Shown one piece after another: positions 40,987-53,000 of a stretch of DNA of 64,000 bases (the stretch's first letter is position 1; every line of letters begins with the position of its first letter). Position numbers and translations under genes: made by a program. The notes beneath the pieces are model-generated. The model was given only the letters and a program-made list of their open reading frames with translations. It did not search any database and was not told the DNA's origin. Origin of the DNA: Trypanosoma brucei (taxonomy: Eukaryota); contig CP000071.1 of NCBI GenBank assembly GCA_000002445.1, forward strand, positions 1,600,001-1,664,000, read 5' to 3'.

Positions 40987-42936
40987 ATGATCGCCGACGC
41001 GGTGCCTGCTGTCACTCAGGTTGTCTTCGCTATATGCTTCTGCACCGGCGTTAGTACGTTTATTCCGAATTTAGTCGAAACTGCAAAGGATATGAGCGTT
41101 TTTGTATCCCATTTGCTGATCCCATCACTCACCTTTTACAACATCGCAACCCCCCTTAGTGTCGAACTTCTGAAGAAATGCTCCGTTTTGATCCTTTTCG
41201 CCGCTCTTATCGTGGTTCTTGGCGTGCTTATCGCGCAACTTGCCTCGTTCTTTCTCTTCAGGGTGAAAAATACCGGCATTCCACGCGATTTACAGCGTTC
41301 GGTACATTTTAAACTTTTGCGTCGGCGTGGAAGGCGAGAGAGCGATGACGGGGTTTCGGGGAAGTCGACGCACATCCTCAATATTGTTGTCAACGGAGAG
41401 AGGGAAGAGCTGCCTATTGAACCGCGGGATGTCCTTGAGCGCTTGGAGCCTCCGGAGGAAGAGTACGAAAATGAACCATTTTACTGTTGTGCTATGACGC
41501 TAGCACTTTGTGTGCAGAATGCCGTGACTATTCCACTGTCTCTTCTGCAGGCGCTCGCCGAGACGCTACCGTGGATTGATTTGGAAGCTGGAACGGCGTA
41601 TATATTCATGTACAGCATAGTTACCATTTGTGTCGTATGGGGGGTGGGGCCGGTGCTTGTCAGGAGAGCAAAGAAGACGACAGACAAGCGTCGCATAATT
41701 CGTGAGCTTATGGAACAACAACGTAGACTGCAGAACTGTCATGAGGCGACCACACAGACGGAAGTGTCCTGCACTACTTCCCGCTTAGCTTCACCTACGT
41801 TTCCTATGCTCAGCGACCCACCAGCAAATGTCGACGGGTCGAGTGGGGAGGCTAGGGCGGGAGGACCCGTTCACAGGTCAGGCGTGGCGCCAGAAAGCTC
41901 CACTAGTGATCGTGGTGCTGCGCGTTACTCAATAGGTGAAGTAAACCAGTCACATGATGCTGCAAGGTGCCCAATTGTCCTTCTTACCACGACACCAAGC
42001 ACTTGCCAAATATTCGGGTGTGACTTAGTGGAAACGGGTCAAATACGTGTCATTTCTCGCAGTCAATTCGCTCGCGAGGAAGCAGAAGCAAACGCTGGTG
42101 TCAGTTGCCTTGGCAGTAGTATGGCATGGCTCAAAAGGACGGTTGTTCAGCTGCTAAGAACACCTTCCTTTACCTCCGTAATTCTAGGCGTTTTTGTTGG
42201 CATTATTTCGCCGTTAAAGGGTTTGTTTGTTGGGGGAAATTTGTCTCCAGTTATGGATATTTTGAGCGCCCTGGCAAAGGGTTCGATTCCGTGTTCCCTG
42301 TTCTTATTGGCAGCAAATTTTATGAACCCCAAAGCAACGGTGCCAGCCCCGAAGCCGGTGCGGATGCGGGACGCCGAGCAGAACACTGATTTTCCGTTGG
42401 ATGACATTACAGTCAACCGTTCCTTTGCGGAGACCTACTACAGGGAACGCCAAGATATTACGTTTGACATTCACGCTTCCTTCACACCGGCCCATCTGTC
42501 CCAACCAGGTACCGGTTCCGCTGCGGGTGGTAGGGCTGATTTTGCGCCTTTTGCCACCTCTACTCCAGCCACTGATCCTCGAAAGGGTTTTTTAACCACG
42601 CTTTACGATATGTTTTCATTGAACGGTATAAACAAAAATTTTATGTTCGGCGTCATTGTCCTTCGTTTAATCGTGATGCCTGCTGTTGGGTACGGACTTG
42701 TGCTGGCAGTATTGTACATTTCACCCTCTATGCTCGGCGGTGGCAGCTCACAAAACGTCTTACTCCTTGTTTTACTGGGGCAGCTTGCCTCTCCGTCGGC
42801 GATAAACTGCAACATTCTTTTTGTCGCGGAGCGATATATGCCGCACGTTTGGGCGAAGATGCTTTTCTTCCAGTACGTGTGCTGCATTGTGACGCTGACG
42901 GGGTGGTACGGGTTGTCAATTTATATAGTTAGATGA
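40987..42936 (+). CDS. Membrane transport protein of the auxin efflux carrier (PIN-like / Mem_trans) family
   Basis: It has ~5 N-terminal TM helices, a ~300-aa hydrophilic loop and 5 C-terminal TM helices. The C-terminal block …LASPSAINCNILFVAERYMPHVWAKMLFFQYVCCIVTLTGWYGL… matches the conserved PIN C-terminus (…[21 protein letters not shown]…). Confidence 0.7.
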   Translation: MIADAVPAVTQVVFAICFCTGVSTFIPNLVETAKDMSVFVSHLLIPSLTFYNIATPLSVELLKKCSVLILFAALIVVLGVLIAQLASFFLFRVKNTGIPRDLQRSVHFKLLRRRGRRESDDGVSGKSTHILNIVVNGEREELPIEPRDVLERLEPPEEEYENEPFYCCAMTLALCVQNAVTIPLSLLQALAETLPWIDLEAGTAYIFMYSIVTICVVWGVGPVLVRRAKKTTDKRRIIRELMEQQRRLQNCHEATTQTEVSCTTSRLASPTFPMLSDPPANVDGSSGEARAGGPVHRSGVAPESSTSDRGAARYSIGEVNQSHDAARCPIVLLTTTPSTCQIFGCDLVETGQIRVISRSQFAREEAEANAGVSCLGSSMAWLKRTVVQLLRTPSFTSVILGVFVGIISPLKGLFVGGNLSPVMDILSALAKGSIPCSLFLLAANFMNPKATVPAPKPVRMRDAEQNTDFPLDDITVNRSFAETYYRERQDITFDIHASFTPAHLSQPGTGSAAGGRADFAPFATSTPATDPRKGFLTTLYDMFSLNGINKNFMFGVIVLRLIVMPAVGYGLVLAVLYISPSMLGGGSSQNVLLLVLLGQLASPSAINCNILFVAERYMPHVWAKMLFFQYVCCIVTLTGWYGLSIYIVR

Positions 42937-44048
42937 CTTACCTGCGAATTAAGATATACAGGAATACTTATGTGCTAACTATATGTAAAGAAAAAGAGCT
43001 TCGTATCGTTTCGTTTTCTTTCAATTTGTTTAGTCGTTTCTACACCATGCTGTTTGTTGCAGTGGTTGCCGCTAATGTCGCTTATCCCGCTGTCAATGAC
43101 AGAGACGGCAGTGGGAGTCGCGACTGGTGTTTCCCCATCGTTTACTTTGCAGTTAAGGTCAAGTGTTGCTTTTCCCCCAAATTCTCTTACCTTTCGATAA
43201 CGTTCGTTTTCGTTGTTGTGTGTACGACGTCAGGGATTAGTGGTTAGTCAAAAAACCAGTAAACGTTGTGAGCAAAAAAAAAAAATCGACTAATAGGCAG
43301 GGATAAAGTGGGGGAGGTAAGGAAGGAGGGAAGAGGACGAAACAGCAGAGTGAAGGACACAGACAAATAAAAAGCGAGAGGAGGGGAATATTCACGTGAA
43401 GACCAGACGCGTAAATTCCCAGGATCCGTTCAACGTATCGCGGTGCAGTGTGATACTTCCCCCTCAATCTCTCCCACTAGTGTGGTCGACCCTCACATAA
43501 GTGCCTTTTCGCCACGTTGTAATTACTATAATCACGGAAGGAGAGAAAGATAAAGGGAAGAGGAAGGGGAAGCACTGGAGGTACACTGGTGGGTGTTACG
43601 TCAGGGAGGTGGCGTAGAGTGTTGAAGTGGGCGTTGGGAAGGAGACGGAGCTTTGGTCTAGTGAGTAGGTAGTGTGAGGCGAGTGGAGGGGGGAAGTGCA
43701 TATATATATATATATATCTTTGAAGAGTCCGTAGAAGGGATCGAGGGGAGCAAAAGGAAAGGGTTCGTGCAATCCTCTGGAAGCACCATTAGCGCTTGTT
43801 GCAAAACGAAGGGGAAAGGGCCCTTACAGGTGCTGCAGTTTAGTGTAGAGCCACGATTCGGCAACACAGAGAGTGCAAGCACGCGGTCATTTACTTCCAT
43901 ACACACTTCCAATTACATCTGTGCCGCCGCTGAGTCACCTAGGTGGTGGAAAAGGAACTACAAAGGCGGTGAGTAGAGGGGAAGTGGACGTTGCCCCCGC
44001 TGCTTCCGTAACCCTTTAGGACCGTGCGCATCCACCACATTCCTTGCA

Positions 44049-47000
44049 ATGCTTGAAAAGTACCTCAGCTCCATTATTGTGCCCTACTTGTCACAGTTTG
44101 TGGAAAACTTGGATTCGAAACAACTAAATGTTGACTTGTGGAATGGCAATGTTGTGCTCAAGGATTTAATGCTGAAGAAGAGCGTGCTTGAGGCACTAAT
44201 CCAGGGCGATCCCATCGGTGATAACTTCTCTTTTGAGGGTGCAACGAAAGCAGCACCAACACCTGGTGTGAACCCGGCTCCGCGCCTTCCGTTAACGGTA
44301 CAACGTGGCATTTGTAAGAGGGTCAACCTGGTGGTACCGTACACACAATTGCGATCGAAGCCTGTAGTTATGGAAATAGGTGAGTTACTTATATGTGTCA
44401 AGGGTAATACGGAATGCCGTGACGTGGTGCTGAGTAAGGCGGCAAAGCTCGACGCCGCAGCAGCACGGAAGTCACGTGAGCTGGAACAATTTGAGGCAGA
44501 GCGAAGGCGTACGAGGGAGAACAACGCAAACAATAGCGCTGGCGCAGCTGCTGCCACCAGTGCAGGTGCTGCTGCGGACACTACAGAGAAGGCACCGGGA
44601 GCAACCACCGGGGCCTCGGTGACTTCTTCGGCTACGGAGAAGGGGAAGGGAAAGGACGGTTATCTCTCTCGTCTGGGGGAGCTTGTAGTAAATAACATAG
44701 TCATTAAAGTTCAGAGTGTGCATGTTCGTTACGAAGATGAGGCCACTAAGACTGTGGCTGGTGTGATACTCGGTGATGTCAGATTGTTTACGGTCGATCT
44801 TTTCACGGGAAATGAAAAATTTGTCGACCCTGTAGGGATGCGGCGCATGACAAAAAGGTTGGAGTTCGCCGGCTTGCAATGCTATTGCGACGACCCAGCG
44901 CGATACGAACTGAATCCCCATGGTTTCTTCATATCGAGGGTTAACGATATGTCAAAGTGGGTGATCGCGATGAGGGAACGTGTCGAGGAAGGTGATGTTG
45001 AACATTCAACCATCGTTGGACCCGTGAAGGGTCATGTGGATGTGAATTTGATCTTAAAAAACTTTATTAGGGACCTCATTTGGGAACCGTACTTAAAGGT
45101 GCGGATGAGGTTGGATAGTTTCCAGTCGAAGTTTAATCGTGCCCAATACCTTACACTAATCCGCACCATCTCTTTGTTAAGCAACTGGACCAGTCTAACA
45201 GAGGTTTTGTCGCGGCGGCCAAACGTACCAGTTACTGGAAATGCTTGTGCATGGTGGCGCTATGCAATTAAGGCAGTACGATCTGTAACGGCCGCCCCGA
45301 AACGTGAGAGATTGTTGCAGCGCATCTCCGAAGTCTGCATTGTGGACTACCACGTCCTCTACCGCGATGTTGTGAGGAAAACTGAGATGTCACCGGAGAA
45401 GCAGCGAGCATACCGCTTTATTACCCGTTTCATGACAGTACCTGACATGATTGCCGGTCGAAAGTATGTTTATGCACAACTGGCCAACGCCATTCAACTC
45501 AAGCGCAAGGACACCGAAGCAAAGAAGGCCGAAGCGCAACCTGCTGAGGAAGGACCCAAAAAGGGGGGATGGTTGTCTTGGATTCGTCGTCAGCATAATG
45601 ATCCGGAACCTCAGGAGGACGAGGAAGCCCGCGCGCTTGAGGAACTTGAGCGGGAATATGGTCTTGATCCTGGTGAAGCAAATGGAAGTGATACAGGAGA
45701 AGAAAATGAGGAGGAGAAGCTACCGGAATCGTACTGCTGGTTTGATGCTCAGTTCGAACTCTCTATGCACCACACCACTCTCTATTTGTCAAAGACTCAG
45801 AAACTTGACTTGGTACTTCATGATGTGGGTCTCTTAGTAAAAACTTTTAATGCCCCAAACTCCGTGCAGGTGCGAATAGTCACAGATAATCTCACATTGT
45901 CGAACCCAGTGGAGGATGAAACGCTACGAGAACGGTTGCCGTCGCTTGTTGAAGGTTTGCCCTTCCGTTGTGGCCCAAGCAGTGAGGATCTTGGCGTGGT
46001 TACTGAACGTTCCCGTTCGTGGAACAGTGTTCCACTACTGGAGTGTAGTGCTGCGCTTAACCCGGTAGAGCAACCCATTGAAGACACACACCTTGATTTT
46101 ACTATGAATATGCGTCTACTTCCGTTGCGCGTCGTTGCTGATCCGCCAACTATCGATGCTATTGTGCGCTTTTTTCATGTTCCCAAAGGGCTCGACGTTG
46201 GATATGTTGTGGGTAGGACAAAGGACTTTGCGCTTACGGTCGGTCAAGCTGCCTCCACCGAGTTGCGTCAGGCTATGACTAACACAAAGGGCTACAAAAT
46301 CTCTTTGGATGCTGCAGGACCTCACATAATTTTCCCCAAAACTCTGAGAGGGGCTTTGGATGAGCCAGCGCTGGCTGTGTCATTAGGGCATGCCATGTTT
46401 GACACGCAGCCCTTGACAGAGACTGAGAAACAGCAACGACTATTAGCGGCGCAGGCTGGTGGGCAAAATGAAGAGTGGCATTATTATTCTAGCACAGCTG
46501 ACTTCTCTAAATTCTTCATCGAACTCGGGACGCTGGGGTCAGTGTTGGAGCGACAAGGCAGTGGTTTCATGCTCGTACCGGAGATAGCGTACTCTGCTTC
46601 AGTATTACAGCTTATAGACAGAGATATGGCTAACAACCGGGAGTGGCTCATTGTGCGGATGGTAGTTCCCAAGTTGTGCATGGCGTGTTCGGTGGGTCAG
46701 GCCCATGTCCTGTCGAACATGGTAGAACAGTGGGTCGCGTACTTGGCCGCTGCTGGAACAGAAGATGACAACGATCCGGTCGCAATGCCGTCGGTAGACA
46801 CTGCAGTGCTCGGGGCTGAAAAACTTTTGGCGGCGGCGGGTTCCCCTGGAGGAATAGGTCCAACTGTTGGTGTAGGAGGTTCGACTTCAGCGGGCGCACC
46901 CTCCGCCGAGGGGTCATACTTCAACTCCTGTACAGGGAATGCATCACGGCCTCGGAAAGCGAAAAACTCGGAATCGGATTCGGATGACGCCCTCGCGAGC

Positions 47001-50000
47001 ACAACACCGGTAGTAGCCCTCCGGACGCAAGCAGACTTACCGTATGTTCGGTTACACGCCACAATCGAGGAGCTTGGTATTTCTATTTTTGAGGATGACT
47101 TGGAAACACGACAACCCCTTGTTGCGCCTCGCTTCACCATGGCCTTCAGGACAGCTCTTATGACACTACATGTGCGCACACAGAAGCAGCTTCTGGAGAT
47201 GGTACTCAACGATCCGTATTGCCTTGATGCTAGGGAACCGGATCACCTTGTAATTGCTGGTCCTTCAATCCACTGTAACGCAGAAATGGCAGCAGACATG
47301 CCCATGCATGTTGATATCGTAATGCAACCTCCACTAAAATTTTGCCTTAACACGTCGTGCATGGAACTCCTTGAGGCGGTGGTCGACATCACAAACCTCA
47401 TAGCCACTACTTCGGATGCCATTCCACAACTTACGAGGAGCGACGAAGGTGGTGTAGACACCGTAAAGTTTGAAAGGGGCGCAAAGATTCCCCTTGACGT
47501 TATGCAGGAGTTGCAAATTAAGCAAGTGCAGCATATGTTCGGAATGCCAGATACACCTGTGGTGCAGATGTCACTGCGCATTGCTGGCATCGCAACAGTG
47601 GAGTTGATGGAACGTTGTGTGGAGAGGCAACCTTCACAAGAGCAATCGGCAGGAAAGGGTGAGAGGCAACCAAGGGATTACCCCATAGCGTACGCAACCT
47701 TCAAGGAGGTGAACTTATTCTTGAGGAAAAACTCCGTCACGATGGAAGTCAACGGTAGCGTACAGCAGGTGGAGGTGTCACTCTCCGAAGTGCACGACGT
47801 TTCCCCATCAAATCGCGTTGTGCTGCAACGTCGAGTAGCACCACCTCATGCCTCGCCCATAAAGTCCAAGGTGACAGAACCGTTGGAAACTGGGGCAACG
47901 GTGGCAGTAGCCGCAATGTCACCAGGGTCTGGCAGCGGCCAGTTGGCTTCTTCGCAGGAAAACTTACCACCCAGACTTCAATCTTCAGAGAGTGAGCAAC
48001 GGCAACATCTTACGTTCACGTATCGCACCAGCCGCCCGGTGATGCCCATATTTCAAACTGGTGCCGATGGGAAGCGTAAATTAACCAATGTCTCAGAACT
48101 GCGGTTTTCCGGCTTTGCGGAGTTAGAATTCAGCTCCAGCGACATACATTTAGACATTCACAGCGTCATTGTTCTTTCGCAATATTTTTGTACAGGTCTC
48201 TTTGCGGAGTTGTCGGGTCTTTCGTTAAGGACGCGCTACGACGGTCGAGTTCCCGCTGGGCCGTCACTAATTGAACCACCGCAGCTGCTGACAAGCGTGC
48301 GAGTGTTTGCACAGGACCTGACATTCAACCTCCCTGTCGATGCGAGAGTGGAGAACGACATCGAGCGGTTTCGTGTTTCAGTGGATCATGTTGCGGTGCA
48401 AAGTAGCCTTCTTTCAGCTGAAGAAAAACAATCTATGAACATTTCCCTGCGCGAAATACGCCTTCTGCACGGGTTTCCCCACGGAGTCGACGCCGAGCGA
48501 ATGCAATCAGCGGCGGAGGGGAAGGTGTTAATGCCGACAACATCGCTCGATGTCTCCCTAAAAAGCCCACTTGATCAGTTGTCTGATGAACCGCTGCGTG
48601 TTGAATTGCGGGGAGATGAACTGGTGCTTGCCCTAACAGAGGGAGACATTGTGGATCTGTGCCGCCTTATTAGTGGGAACCTGACGCGCGCGCCTCCCCC
48701 ACCACCACCAGCGCCCCCGCGTTTGCAGTCGCTTACTGGAAGTCGCCGTGAATCCTCAGAGGTAGGCGAGGCACGACTGCCTTCCGTCGCCGCTTGCTCG
48801 CCGCAAGAGATAACCGAGGCGCAGAGTGGAGCTCATGTAGTGTGGCGAGCCGGGCGCTTAACACTGTCGCTGCTCGACACATCAAGTAGTGGCGCTCGTT
48901 TTCGTCTTGAGGGCAACGGCTTCACTTTTGATCAGAGGGCCCCTGGCGGTGAACTCAGTTTGCGATGGGATAAGCTTGAACTGCACGATGTTTATGAAGA
49001 AACGTGCCGGGCGACGATGTTACTATGTGGTTGTGGCCGCGTCGAACTGGGCAACCTTCCGGCCCCATGGTGTGATCCGTGCAAGGGAGCAAACAAAGAA
49101 GGAATGAATGACCAAGTTGACAAAATCAACGCGACGACAGGGGACGGTACTAGTTCCGTGGACTTTGAAGATCTCACACCAGAGCAATTACATCAATTAT
49201 TGCAAGAACAACTGAACCAGCCGCAAGATTCTGCATCCGCCGGTGGTCTTTCAAGAGACTTTGTCGATATTCAAACACTTGTCGTTGACTTCACGTTGGA
49301 GCGCTTTGCTGTTTCAGACCAGTGGCTTGCTGTGTACGATTTTGTTTGCAATCAGGCGGTAGTTGAGGCACTGCAACACGTAGCGTCGACGGATGATTCT
49401 GTTCCTCCGCGGAGGCTGTGCCAAGGGTTCAAGGAACCCTCTGAGGGTATGGAAGGGGCCAAACCATTTCGATGTATTGTGACAACGCGTGCGGTCAACG
49501 TGCCGTTCCTAACGATTTCGCGGGAGGAGTTTCTTGAAGCGGATATCACGTCGTTGCACGCCGACGTCATAACGTATCTTAATACCACGACGGTAACTGT
49601 TAGAATGCATGACTTGGTGGTACGGCATTCTGCCTCAGGTGAGCGTGTGCTGTTTAAGAAGCACGACACCGACGACTTGCATTTGTCCTCGTTTGACAAC
49701 ACCCAGGAAAATCTTCTTCTGACAGGCATAAACTCAGCGCGCTCTCCGCGTACGCCTGCGGGGGGGACGACAACAGCACCAGCTGCTGCATTAACCAATC
49801 CCACAACAACAACTGCTTCACCTAATCAACCCGTAGGGACAGCCACTCCAGATATTTTAAACCTGAGGTGCCATATTGGTGGAACACCTGAAAACCCACA
49901 ACAGCGTGTAAGAATTGCAGTAGGTGAATTGGCAACTCTCTTTTCCGCACCGCTTGTTGCACAGATTGTGGAATATTGCGCGCAGCCAGAGCAGCCAATA

Positions 50001-53000
50001 GCCAAAATATCGAATTTGGGAGTTATGCGGGAGCAACGCGAGCGGCTAGCTCGCGCTGCTGACCAGATGGTCAACAATGGTGCCATAAATGTTCAGGTGT
50101 TATGGCAGCAGCCCTGCATTATATTTGCGGGGAACGCGCAAGAGTTAGCGAACAAATCGCGCAATATTGAGGCTCATCTGGGTCTAATGGGATCGGAAAT
50201 ATTATTTGACAAGCGGAGCGGAAGCTGCACGGTCTCAACTAAAGTGGTTGGAGTGTCCATTCCGGAAATGTTGGAGGAAACAACAGTGCGCTTAAGATAC
50301 AAACTTGAAGAACGCAACGCAGACATCTCCGTGGTCGTAGACAAAGCAACGGCGCTGCTTCATCCAGTGGGTGTAGAGAAACTCCTTTGGGTTATTCAGT
50401 GGAATCTCATGGTGCCACCCGATGACAGTGGCAACAGTGTAGCTAATAATGTCACGCATTCCGGTGCAGTTGCGGGGGCTTGCGAAAAGGAAGGAATTAA
50501 AGAACCAAATGTTCTGAACGAGCGAAAGGAGCAGGTAGTCGGTGAGCGCTCAACTGATCTAGTGGAGGAACCCATTACCCAAAATATCCATGTAGAAGCC
50601 TCCTCTATTGTCCTTGCAATGCATGATGTTTTGGGTTTGCATGTGCACACAACCGCACTCGGTGGGCTCAAGATTCACGTCAACGCTGCTGGGGATGTGG
50701 ATATTGCCGTTAAGTCTGTGACAACAGTGGAGCACTTTACCAACCAGCGGCTCATGGAAGCCTGCGGTGAAGGGGCTCTCACGGTGCACGTGAAGAGTGC
50801 GGAGAAGACAACTTCTGTCTGCATGGCCGAGGTTAATTTTAGGGTGGTGCCGAAAGCGGTAGGAAGTCTTCTCAACATGTTATTGTCTGTACAGCTTCCG
50901 CCTCCCTTGCCGTCAGTATCAGGGGTCCCTACGACTGTTTTGCCATCAGAAACCGGTTGGGAGCATCGACTTTCTGTTAGATTAAATTGCTGCCGAACCC
51001 TAGCTCTTCATGACGGTCAAGAGGTATTTCTTGCCGAGTACAAGGATTTGAATGTTGATTTGTGCTCGTTTGCCGACGCGTCAAGTACACTCACCGTTTC
51101 GATTGGCTGGCTCGTCGTCCAGAACCTGTACTCTAAGAAAGTGAAGGGATCTGAATTAATGCTACCGATGGATGGGGAGGAGAATGGGTCCCCTGCCGTC
51201 ATTGATTTTGTGCTGACTACATCGCCCCCAAATAACAGAAGCGTCACTAGGGATTGTGATTGTGCTGCTGCACCCTGTTATGTACAGCAGCTGCGATGCC
51301 GAATTTCCTCTTTCTTGATTGTTTCGGTGCCGGATGTTACATATGCAGCTGTCCAGGTAACTGCAGATATATTGGGAAACATATCAGATGTAAACCGTGG
51401 GAAAGCGTACGACTATGTAGCGGAGAAAACGGCCCAGCAGATACGCGAGAGACAGCAACTAACCGAAGTGGAGGTGGCCATCGGACGTCCCTGCATTAAG
51501 CTTCTCGACGCTGTTGATTCACAAAATGTGGTTGAGGTGTTTCTGGGCGATTTTGTTGTAAGGAACAAATTGCGCTGTGCTGCTGCTCAGGGAAGTAACG
51601 TAGCAATGTGCGCCCCACATGCTGAGGTGTTTTCGCTCAGTATAAACCGCCTATCTCTTAACATTCTCGGTGGGTCTGCGTTCAACCATAGCAGCAGCAT
51701 CGAGGTGGAGTTCTCTCGGTTAATCACTGATGATGTCATCCCCACTGTGGCATCAGATGAATCTGTTGGGGTGCCAAATGATGAGATGATGAGCCTGAAT
51801 GTTTCCGTACCAATGCTGTCTGCGAGGTTAACGGAGGCACAGTTGAATACCTTACTTGACGTAGTGGGGGCCTTTAGCTCTTTTGGCTGTTCCCCACCTG
51901 TTTGGGGAGATAGTTGTGGGGCATTTCCATCTTCTCACTCACAGGGGGCGAGCGGTCATCACGACGGAAGCATGAGCGCCACGAGTTTCCACACCTCTAG
52001 TGTAGTTTCGCCTTCAGGGGGGGCTGCTGGAAAGAGGCGGGCGAAGGACCCCTTGCTAGGACTGCAGGTGCAGGGGGCTGCACATGGTTGTGGACTACCC
52101 ACGGGCGATGTGAACGTAACTGCCGCAACAGCTGATGGCACCATAACCAACTCTGAGTCTGTCACCAATGAAGTTAGCACCTCAATGAAGATAAGCGCTG
52201 TAATGCAACGTCTCGTCGCAAACATCGACGACAAATTTGAAATCACCGTTGACCATCTTACCGTGGAACAGGTTACCACGTCAAGGCTGAGTAGAACTGC
52301 AAACGGAAACGATAATTCGAACGCAGTTCCCGTCCCACCACTCACCAATAGCAACAGCAAATTATTCCTGGAAGGTCTGGTGATTCGGCACTGCTCTTGG
52401 GGTAGTTTCGATGACAATAACGAGAGGGCTTCTCTCTTTGCTTCGAGGGATGTTGAAGTTGCTTCTGTGACCGTCATGAGTGTCAACGGAAACAGCCGGG
52501 AAACTGATTCGAGCACCACTGTTCGTTTGGGATGCCTGCATACCACGATCACTCCACAGATCTTGGTCGATGCCAGGAACATATTGTACGGCCCGTTCTG
52601 CATGAAAGTTGCTCGAACCCCGCTTAGCCCCATTCCTATATGTCGTCTTACTGACGATGTTTATGTGCTAAAGAGCAACTTGTCACTCGACCCTACCCAC
52701 ATCCTCATAACAGGCAACAAGTCACGTTGCTCTTATGTTCTGGATCTCAACCAATATAAGTTGTGTATCTTGGGTCCGCCAGCCCCGCACATTGTGTTAG
52801 ATGACAACTGCGAACTTACAATTACTAATGGCTGCATAGTGGTTCCAGGCATGTACGCGCTCAGCTCCTTTGTTAGCTTTGGTGGTAACGCATCTGTGTT
52901 CACAACAAAATCGTGTGTGATTGAAAAAATAGCACACCACGACCGGGTTGTCGCAGCGGTCTTTCGCCCGGTCAGGCGTCGCAGCAGAGGCGGAGTTGAG

